64,000 nucleotides of DNA, from positions 20,088,001 through 20,152,000 of the forward strand of contig CM120642.1 in NCBI GenBank assembly GCA_051362555.1, read 5' to 3'. Positions 53,743-64,000 of the stretch are shown piece by piece (position 1 is the first letter of the stretch; every line of letters begins with the position of its first letter). The notes under the pieces are model-generated. The model searched no databases. It worked only from the letters and a program-made list of their open reading frames with translations, and had not been told where the DNA came from. The translations under genes and the position numbers were made by a program. Source of the DNA: Lingula anatina (Eukaryota; Animalia; Brachiopoda).

Positions 53743-56717
53743 TAAAATCAATAAATCTTGGACACATTACTTGTGGTACGTCTGAATAACACGACAGACA
53801 AGAAGAAAATAGTTGCTCTTGAAAATGGACTTTAAGTAATGAAAATGCAAGATGACAGCTAGTGGATAGTACATGTGCATGCAATTTATTTGAAATTCTG
53901 ACTTTTCAGTCCTAATGATTTAGATTATTTATAGCCAATAATCTGAGAAAATAAAATATTCAACAGAGAAATTGATTGCAATAAATCCTGCTCGTACCTG
54001 ACTGCTTAATATTCACTGCAGCAAACCTCTCTACGACATCGTCGAGCTGATCAATAGGGTCATTGTAGTCACATCCTGTGTACGCTTTATTCTCGAGGCA
54101 CTACTTAAGGAAACTAAACCAAAGAGAAGTTGAAAATAAAGAAAGAATTGCCTACTTTCTTTTGTCTTTCTGTATGGACTTTCATTCACAATAAAAGAAA
54201 GAATTGCCTAGTAGACACTATTTTGTCTGTCAGTTTGGAGTTTAATTTACATGTTTTTTAACTTTCTTTTTTTTTCTATTTTTTTTTCATTTAACAGTCT
54301 GTCTTAACTAAAACATGATAGCTTTCTCTTTTTAATCTTTCTATCCTCTTTGTTTTGTTTTTTTGTCAGTCTGTCTGAACAAACATTAAAAATTTAATTT
54401 ATGAACTTTATTAAATCCTTAACATTTCTTTTTTTGTTGGTTTGTCTGTCTGTCTGAACAAGAGTTCTTAGAAACAATGAGATTAAATAAAGATTAAATA
54501 AAGGAAAAAAAAATTGAACCTAACATGGCTGATTTGTGTTTGGTTTGAAAAAGTCTTATAATTTGATTGAACTTTTTTTGCTTACTGATCAAATAAATTA
54601 AAATAATTCACTTCACCTGTTCCAATGTTCATCTTGCGAAAGAAGAAACGGATTCCCTACAACAATCAATAGGGCCTTTGCTCTTGTGATCGACACATTA
54701 AACCTCTGAAAAAAAAAAATTAATCCCACATGTAACTGTATGTGCGGGTGAACACTGAAGACAGTATAGTCTGAGACTAACTGTTCATATCTCTTCTGTG
54801 AATTCCGCATCACATGGCATAGTCTCTGCAGTGCCATAGTGGAAAGAAATGGTGATGAAAATAGTATGGACTATAGCTGTTTAAATAACCTTACATTTCA
54901 AAATATGTGTGTGCACATCCATATGTACAAAGTCTTATGAATTATGTGTTCACGCATATACACATGCCACAGCACAATCATGGTAATGACACTATCTTTT
55001 CAATGGGCAAAAATTATCAAACTTTCAAATGTATACCTTTATAAACACATAAAGTATATAGTATTAGTGATACTCTTACTGCACAGATTAGAACTATAGA
55101 GTAGCTTACTTTTTTTATTTTGTTGTGACCATCCAATAGGAATTGGGTAGGAGTATTAAAATTTTAAAAATTAATGGCCTAAAAAAATACGGCATCTGTA
55201 AAATTCACGATTTCCCCCCCACTGAAAAAAATCAAGTTATTACCATATGCTGAGGTGGCACTAGCAATTTTTTCTAAAGCCAAATTACTACTTTTTCATC
55301 ACTTTTTTCTCCAAAATGGTTTAAATTTGACTAAAATAAGTCAAATCAACCCTATTTTGTTTAGCCAATTGAAGTCAGTTTTAGCATTTGGCTTAATTGG
55401 GCAGTGTTAACTCTACCCCAGTTTGTGTGTCCACATGCATAAGTGTACAAATGACTGACCTGTGGGTTCTTTAAAAAGCCCAGCTTGAACTCTGCGTCCA
55501 GAGCCAGGTAATCGGGGTTACTCCTCACGGTGGACACCATGATGACCCGTCTCTCCTGACCCTGAAATTCCTCCACACTGCCCACCTTTATGTCCCGAAA
55601 GTTTTTCTTGAACAGCAGTTGCCTCAGTTTTTGAACCTGTGGAGAGAATAAAAAGGGATGTCTGTGCATTTACAGGCCCGTAACCAGCAATTTCAAAAGG
55701 GGGGTTCTTTTTCTGAAAAAGTGGACCTTTTTCCATAAAAACTTCATGTACCTACATGTAGATCAAATTTTACCCACAGTGGACCTTTTCCCAGCAAAAG
55801 TGGCAGTTCTTTAAAACCTACGAAACCCCCCCCCCACCACAATTTTAATTTTAATTTTTAAAATTTTTCTTTATACTTGATCACATGTACACTTCTGTAG
55901 TTAAAGTAGGACTTTTCATAAGCCTAACATATCTATAACATACTATTAACTCAGATGTATTGTGGCTGTACTTTAAGGTAAATGGAATGTTGGACCTTTA
56001 AAGAATGTTGACTACTGGCTCTTTAGAGCTACGCCACATTCTTAGAATCTATTGCCCTAACTCAGCAAAAAGGCCCAGTTAATAATTGTAAACAAATTTG
56101 CAAAGTTTTACTAGGCAGCTTCAATTAATTGGCATTTGGCGTGAAGCCCGATTTGATATTGCAAACTGTTGTTAGTAACTTGAAAAGGGAGAGGGACTGG
56201 GGAGGGGTTGCCTGTATTCATCATGGAATAAGCTCTGTCATATTTCCCTCACTTGTTTTCTGTAGGGGGAAATACATGTAATTCCAATTTCATTCTGCAA
56301 GACTCGGATGCCTCTGGCCTCCAGTAGCTTCTCCACATATCCCAACACAATAGTTGCTTCTTCTGGATTGAAGAATGATGGACTCCTTTCCTCCCTCATG
56401 TCCTCCCCAACCACTCCATGGAATACAAAGGGACACCCCGTTTTTGGTAAACCTTCCCAGTTGCAGAGGGACTCCCTGGCAAGTCGGTCAGCACAGGCTT
56501 CTAGCTCGTTGTCGTAGAACTGATCGTTTGGAAGCTTGAGGATAGCAGGATGTGATCTGTAGTTTTTGAGGAGTTTTGTGAGGATCGAGAAATGGGTTGT
56601 AATGGCCTTGACGTTGGTACAGTACATCTTGATCGTCGTCATCTGAGCCAGGACTCGAACCACCCCTCTTCTTGTACACATCACAGTAGGTCATGTATCT
56701 TTCTAAAAGTGAGAGTC
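53587..56717 (-). pseudogene. MOV10: MOV10 RNA helicase (UPF1-like SF1) pseudogene; C-terminal five exons only
   Basis: Exons 56717-56253 (GLSLLERYM...TKLLKNYRSHPAIL...SPSFFNPEEA...IGI(TC)ISPYRKQ), 55636-55460 ([23 protein letters not shown]...LGFLKNP), 54705-54617 (RFNVSITRAKALLIVVGNP), 54113-~53997, 53651-53587 (..EDPEWRGEA*, resembling the EPEWR end of MOV10). Lesions: frameshift near 56585, in-frame TAG at 54103-54101 (FLK*CLENKAYTGC), and no N-terminal exons found before SPOUT1. Confidence 0.85.
55673..55835. mobile_element. Second copy of the 167-bp CAGGCCCGTA MITE, right TIR lost
   Basis: Near-identical to 12277-12430. Lies ~35 bp from the MOV10 acceptor at 55637. Confidence 0.85.
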
Positions 56718-57475
56718 CTGTAAGACATTAAAATGATGAGACATTTCATATACATGTATAAATATATAAATGAAGTTATTCTTTATCAAAGAAACTAAAT
56801 AACTATGAGGTTCAAAAGGTTTTAATTTCACCATTATATGTACAAAAGAGATGAAAGAGACATTTTGTCAATGCTTGAGTACAAAATCTCTACTACCACA
56901 TGTAAAAGTATTTCAGTGTTTGCAATTTTACCAGAGCTTATAGAACTACCAAAAAAAAAAACTGATCCTTGTCAAAACCTAGTCCTAGTCAAAAGAAAGA
57001 CTTTCTTTTGTCAAATTTAAAATTATTGAAGGAATAATTCTGGGCACATCCATAGCAGTAAAAATGTTTCATTAATTGCATTACTTTTTATTTTACTTAA
57101 ATCTTAGAAGCAGAAATCACTGGTCAATAAAAAGCTTTTAGAATAAGTCCTACATGTATATCATTTTACCAGACTCTCAAACACCTTTGTAAATATTATA
57201 GTTAATCTTAGTACTTTTGTCCACAATTTTCAACTTCACTTTTCTTTTAGTCATAGTCTTATTTCATTTTTATTTAAGCCCAAGGTAGTAATGTACCTTC
57301 CCCTTTTAATGCATTTCATAACACATACACTCACACACACTGGCAGATTAAAACTTTACTATTACTCATATTATCATTTTTATTATAATGGCTGTTGGGG
57401 GCATATTATTATAATTAAATATATTAAAAACTATTATAATTATAATTATATATATTAAAAACTTATTTGCAATAT

Positions 57476-60400
57476 AAAACAAAATTTACCTGCATAATTA
57501 TCACTGCTTCCTTATTATTAATCCAGCAGAGAGCTTCACCTTTGGGAGTTTACAGGGAAATATCAACAAGTGTGCCTTATGTAATCTCATTTAATGGCCT
57601 ATTAATTAGGCAAATGACTTTATAACTTTATAACTTAGCCTAGTGAGACCCAAGGGAAATTTACAGACTGACCCTCTCAAAGGTCTTCAGGCCCATAAGT
57701 CACACCCTTAAGAAATGCACAAAACAATAATGCACAAAATAGGAGACTATCAAATCTGATACAATAATACATTATGTTTAACTGCACAGTCAACATCAAA
57801 TGTTTTAAAATTATGCACAACAGGTAACACCGACAAAAGTAAAAGCATAAGGCTTCAGGCCCATCAGAGTTCAAGTTTATACTTAGAAAGTGCCAAAATG
57901 AGAAAAATGAAAATTTCACAAAAAATGCATAAATTTAATAAAAGTGATAATCTAATAGAGCTGGTTTTCTAATATGAGCTGCATGTCAATCCTAAGAATC
58001 ATTCTTGTAAGACTAGTTGAAAAAACAGAAAGTAACAGTTTTCTTTCTATAACGTTAATGGTGGCAGTGTACAAAAGAGGTTTTTTGTCAATTTTGATGC
58101 AAAATTACATAATGATTAACTGTATAAATACCACCAATTTTTAAATATTTACTATTAAAAACATGGACATTAAAAAAAGGTGATTACCACTGGGCTTCAT
58201 GCCCAAGGGAGCTCTAAGTCCCACATTGAAAATTCCAGTATGTGAAAGATAAAAATTTTCACAAAAAACTCTATAACTTCCAGAAAATTAACTAATGAGA
58301 CAGATTTTCCAACTGAAGCTGTATTTCAGTCCTATGTTTCTTTCCTTTAAGTGTAAAAAGAGCAAGTGACATGGTTTTCCTTTCACGGTCACTAAGGAGG
58401 CAGTGCCTAAAATAGGGTTTTGTTCAATTTTGATGCAATATTACATAATGCTTAACAGCATAATAACCATCAGTTTTTTAATGATAAAATAAAACTATCA
58501 TGGATATTCACAAAATGTGTCTAGCCCATAGAGTTCAAAAACACATTGAAAATCCTAAAATCTAAACAAGAGAAACTGTATTAAAAAGAGTTTATTTCCA
58601 TTTTCAATACCTTTTTTACATGAAAAAAAATAATCGATTTACTGTCATTTTTATATGATCAATTAAAATATGTTGTCAAAGGAAAAATATCAATAGAACA
58701 AATTTAAATGTCCAACTTGCTCCATTCTGAGATTCTTAACTTAGTGAATGATTGAATCTGACGAACTTCAATGATATGAGTTCCCTTCCATTTTTGATAC
58801 TTTATTACACAATGCACAATAAAAGGTGTACTGTCATTTTTATATAATCAACTAACAATATTTTTAAGACGCAGAAAATGTCAAAACAACACTTTTACAT
58901 ATCTAATTTGTTCCATATTGAGACTGTTAACATGCCTAAGAATTAAATCTGAAGAAAAGCCACTTATATGCAAAAAGGCTAATAACTTAATCAAAACTTA
59001 ACTGATCAAGCTTATTTTCAAACTTGATCTGTATATTAGTCAGACTGATCACTCCTGTAAGTTTCAAGACAAAAGGCTGATTGGTTTTCCTTAAAATGTG
59101 TTATCAGTGTTGCATATATGCTGAATAATGGAAAAAAACAGCATAACTTTAAATTTGTAAAAATAGTCCAATCAAGCCAATTTTCGAACTTGACCTGCGT
59201 ATTATGAATATTCATCAGTTCTGTAAGTTTCAAGCCAAAAGGTAAAATGGTTTTCCACTTATCGTGTTATCAGTGCTGCATATATGCTGAAAAAATGCAG
59301 AAAATGGTTCATTTTGATGCAATAATAAATCATGCCTACAATAGCACTGTCAATCAACACTGAATTTTAATCATGCACAACAGGTGACATCGTCAATAAC
59401 AGGAGCGGATAAAGAGATATTTTCTGACAGTATTCCAAATTATCTTTGTTGATCCCTCCTACATTTTTGATGGTCTTCCAACAGAAAAAAACAGATACCC
59501 ATCAATATGAACTTTAAAATCTGAAAGACCCAGAAGACGGCCTCAATCCACCCCTGCAATAAGATTACAGTTTCAGGACCAAATTCACATAATGAAAATC
59601 CCAATATTTGAATAATGATGACAATGCATAAAATAATATTACATAATGTTTAAAGACATAAAAACCAATGCAACTGGAAATACAGAGAATGTGAAGAGCT
59701 TCAGGTGAATGGGAGCTGAAAATGCCAGTGTTTGAATAATAAATTAAAAAGAAAACACAACAAAAATATCCCATTAAAGCTGCTATTCAAACTTTTAATC
59801 TTGCTGTAATAAATGATATGAATAACCCCAATGTGTTTGAGGATAATAAGGCACTGTTATTCAAATATATTTTTTTCTTTTGTTAACTTATTTGCAATAC
59901 TAAACAACATTTACCTGCATAATTATCACAGATTCCTAATTATGTGACACAGTTAAGAGAGCTTAACCTATGGGACTTTACTGGGAAATCTCAACGTGTG
60001 TTTTATGTAATCTTATTTAATGGGCACTTGGAAATTAATTAGGCAAATGATTTTATAGCTCTGAATTTAGCTTGTGACTACCCCAAGGGACAATTACCAC
60101 CATCCATAAACAGTAGCCCCATATAGCAGTCTATAGAGCTGCATTGCTTCCAGAACAGAAAACAATCACTCTGATTTTCCAACACAAACTGCACGTCAGT
60201 CTTACAAAACTTTTCAGTAAGTTTGAGTATCATAAGTAACATGGTTTTTCCTTAATGGTCATTCCGGCAGCCATTTCCAAAATAGGGTTTTCTTCAACTT
60301 TTATGCAATATAACATAATGACCATCAATTTTTAATAATAAAATAAAAGTATCATGGATATACAGAAAATGTGACATGGAAAGGTCTTCAAGGCCATGGA

Positions 60401-61385
60401 AGTTCAGAGTCACACTTTCAAAATGCCAAAATGTACCTGTATACAAGAGATAACTGTATTGAATTGATTTTCTTCCATTTTCAACACCTTTTTTTCATAT
60501 AACAAAGTAATGAATTTACTGTCATTTTTAAATGAACAACTGAGAAAATTGTTGACATAGGAAAAATATCAATAGAACAATTTTAAATGTCCAGTTTGCT
60601 CCATTCTGAGATTCTGAACATGGTGAATGATTGAATCTGACAAACTGTAAAGATATGAGTTTATTATTATTTCCATGTTTTGACACTATATTACACAATT
60701 ACAGTTTACCATCTTTTTTATATAATCAACTAACAATATTGTTAAGATGCAGAAAATGTCAAAAGAACACCTTTACATATCTAATTAGTTCACAGATGAG
60801 ATTGTTAACATGCCTAAGAATTAAATCAAAGGAAAAAACACTTATTTACAAAAAAGACAGAACTTCACCAGAACTGAACCAATGGAGCTTATTTTCGAAC
60901 TCCATCTGTATTTCAGTAAGACTGATCACCCCTGTAAATTTCAAGACAATTGGCCAATTGATTTTCCTTGAAACGCGTTATCGGTATTGCATACATGCTA
61001 AAAAAAGTAAAAAAACAGCATAACTTCCATAAAATTGGTCCAATCACGCTGATTTTCAAACTTGACCTGCGTATTATGTATATTCATTAGTTCCATAAGT
61101 TTCAAGCCAAAAGGTAAAACGGTTTTTCACTTATCGTGTTATCGGTGTTGCATATATGCTGAAAAAAGTGAAAAAACAGCATAACTTCCATATAGATGGC
61201 CATATTATGCTGATTTTCGAACTTGACCTGCATATTATGAAAGCTCATCAGTTCTGTAAGTTTCAAGCCAAAAGGTAAAACGGTTTTTCACTTATCATGT
61301 TATCGGTGGTCAAAGTGCACGGCGACGACGACAGACGCAGGTGATGGCTATAAGTACAGACACATCTGTGTCTGTACATAAAAAT
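57476..61385 (+). mobile_element. Rearranged/duplicated Helentron-like element of the same family as 36997-38499
   Basis: Same 3' end (GACGACAGACGCAGGTGATGGC...GTACAGACAC-atct-GTGTCTGTACATAAAAA, ~61325-61385) and ~150-bp subterminal tandem repeats. Blocks 57476-57660 ~ 59890-60090 and 58300-59290 ~ 60170-61170 are internal duplications. The left terminus was not identified. Confidence 0.7.
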
Positions 61386-62440
61386 GCACTCGATCCAAAA
61401 GCTGGAAAAAATTGTCTTATGTGCAAATTACCTTGCCTAGATAATAAATTTGGCCGGATGTAATGTTCATATTTGAGATTTCAAATTGTGACAATCTTGG
61501 TGACCAGTTTTCAATCATTACGTCTGAAGGGCTGGTTTGTCATACTGGATCCCTTCAGATTTTTCAGATGTTATAATAAAAAGTTCTCCAAAATGTGCCC
61601 TGTCACCGTCTTTATATGAATGATATTAAAGGGATAACAATTCTTCATATGGGATTCAAAATTCTACAATAAATATATTGTAAACAATCAATAGCAATTA
61701 AACTCTTGGAAGAGCATGGCTTCTCAGAATGATAAACATGTTAACAACAGACAGAAATATAAAATCCATGTAGCACCAACAAAGCAGTTAGCGCAATTAT
61801 TCTGAAATCTGTGCTTGCTATCGGACCATGTGGACCTTCATGTATGGCTACCCACCATAATAATCTCTTAAGAAATGAAAAACAACCAACTTTGAATGTT
61901 GCAACAAATTCTTTAACCACTGGTAAGTATGGGAAAGCTGATGTTTACCCCAGGAAAATCCTGTTTTATGGCACTTTTCCCACCAATCCAATTTGTTATT
62001 CCTTTAATTTATAATGAAAAAATGAAGTAATATATTGATTTATAGATTTCTATGGCATATCTATATCGATTACATTCCTTCAAAATCTTTACGAAATAAA
62101 ATGTTGTTTCTCTTTTAACACAGACACTCAATGTATTTCAAATTTATGACAGTTACTGATTTTTCATTTTTTGTGTGTAATCAGCAACATACACCCTATG
62201 AGTGTCAAACTGTTTGTTTTACTTCAAATTTGCTGAGTAGCTGTGAATGATAAAAATAATAAGCTATCTGTCGTGTTGTCCATGTGCACTTTTGCTGTTC
62301 AATAATGTTTCTTTGCCATATATATGATGATGAAACACATCAACTTTTCTTTTTCCATCTTCTGAAAAGTAAGTCTTTGAAATAAAAACTTTTTCAAACA
62401 ACTGTGAACCTTTCTAAAGTTTTAAAGAGGTGTGGTTATG

Positions 62441-63554
62441 TCAGCTTGTGGATGAAATCCTTTGAATGTGCGGTCGTAACGCTGACATGGTAATCAAAAT
62501 GGCCTCCTGAAATAATAAATAAACAACACTATAGGTATAAACTGAATTTCAGCAGTAATTTATCCAGATCTTTACGCTTGGTTTAAACAAGTGGTGTAAT
62601 CAATTTTTGTGAAACTCCATGGATTCTCTATATTTATTGTTAAAATTTTACTTTATTCATCTAAAGTATAGGTTTTCTTACTAAGAAGTATTTTACATGC
62701 ATTTTTAAGGCTAAAATTTACATCTAATCAAGGGCAAATTTGAGGAGCTGTGATTCATTATAATTTCACCCATCAAATCTACTTAACAAAATTTAAAAAA
62801 ATCATAAATGGGCAATCTGCCAGCTGTGAGCTCTGCTTAGTCCTGCTGTATAGGCACAATTACAACGGTCCATAGAGCCCTGCTGCATAACTTACCTCAG
62901 TTCTTATAGTCCTACTCCCCTGACCAGGGCATGTGTTAAGATAATGGTCAAACAGTAAACTAGGGTCCTCTATGTCCAACTTAGTGTCCACCTCCAGACT
63001 GGCCTCTAGACCCTGGACACCACCATATACTATTAGTAAGTGTCTGGAATATAGAGAATGACCAGGGAATTGAGTAATCACAGGGTGCTGAAAATGTGAT
63101 TTTGAGGAATGTGGTATTATATTTCTGTGCTCTCATATCCCAAACCGATACAGCTATAATTTTTGAATAATTTCAAATTCAAGGTGAAGGATGATTTGCA
63201 AAACTGGATCTGGGTTTCTTGCAAATCATAAACTTTATGTGACTATCTAACAACAAGCTATGGCTAATTTGTTGGCATAATAAAGAAATGGTTATTTACA
63301 GATAGCTTAACAAAACAATAAATTGCAGCATTTCCAAAATCTGGAATCTCACCTAAAATCCTTCATTTTCAGAGTGTCCACATTTTCCCCTCTTTCTGAA
63401 GTCCCAATCATCAAATCATATCCACCGTCATAGGGAGATTCTGTGAACACAGAGCTGAGACTGTCAGCTAGACGCACACTGTATCCCCAGTAAAGGTCCT
63501 CCTTCTGTCTTGGAACAGAAGGTGGGACGACTTTGCCTTTCAGAGTCTTTTTAT
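62441..63554 (-). CDS. SPOUT1: SPOUT-domain methyltransferase SPOUT1/C9orf114/CENP-32, last three exons (5' part outside the window)
   Basis: Exons 63554-63353 (GKVVPPSVPR...LYWGYSVRLA.SLS.VFTESPYDGGYDLMIGTSERG), 63043-62896 (HLLIVYGGVQGLEA...LFDHYLNTCPGQGSRTIRTE), 62506-62441 (EAILITMSALRP...*). Motifs match the SPOUT1 C-terminus as I recall it. Confidence 0.92.
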
Positions 63555-64000
63555 CTAGGTAAGACGCAAGAATTGAAACCAAAAACTGAACTATAAAACC
63601 AGTATCTTCTTTACAAACACCCAATTCTGTTAAAATACTTCAAACTAATGTGTTAGAAATAGATTATTATTCAAAATAAGATATAAAAATTATTTTCCCT
63701 GTAAAAAAATTTCATCTGATTCCAAACAGCTTAAACCACCATCAAGCAATCTTGCTGACAGTAACTTACTACTGCCCGGAAAGAGACCCAAATTATTTTC
63801 ATAGGCAAAATCTTAAAATATCATTTTAATTTGTCTTGTTTTGCAAAAGAATACAGCCAAAAGAAATATATAATTATAGTTATAACAAATATTGTATTAT
63901 CCTAATGATAACTTCTTTCCATTCATAGTTTAATGCGAGAGGAAGTATCTATGTTAAAATATCTTAGAAATACTGTATGATTTTTCACAAATATAAAGTC

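Overview
Eukaryotic, AT-rich, intron-containing DNA from a lophotrochozoan, most likely a mollusc. I infer this from a Pif/LamG-type shell-matrix-like gene and mollusc-style Helentron-like repeats. Hand-spliced gene models are: (1) a secreted PAN/EGF/unknown-domain protein (minus, 927-6705); (2) a single-coding-exon RING + TRAF/SIAH-type zinc-finger protein with two Cys-rich 'YC..C[DN]G.CGPTNG.NC..C' repeats (10360-11166); (3) a 9-exon PhyH-family Fe(II)/2-oxoglutarate dioxygenase (12552-17575); (4) an 8-exon secreted chitin-binding + LamG (Pif-like) protein (30317-33318); (5) a 5'-truncated, disabled MOV10 helicase pseudogene (minus, 53587-56717); (6) the last three exons of SPOUT1 (minus, 62441-63554). 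The most unusual feature is at ~38.5-49.9 kb. Two related minus-strand units are built from tandemly amplified complete exon+intron modules with intact branch point, acceptor and donor. In the younger array the 52-nt exon has stops in all three frames, which suggests repeat-built multi-exon lncRNAs. Several MITEs, two Helentron-like elements and a solo-LTR-like insert are also present. Aligned repeat copies show directly that the abundant TACATGTA motif arises as an insertion at TA, consistent with a transposon excision footprint. All gene models were made by eye, without database searches or expression data.
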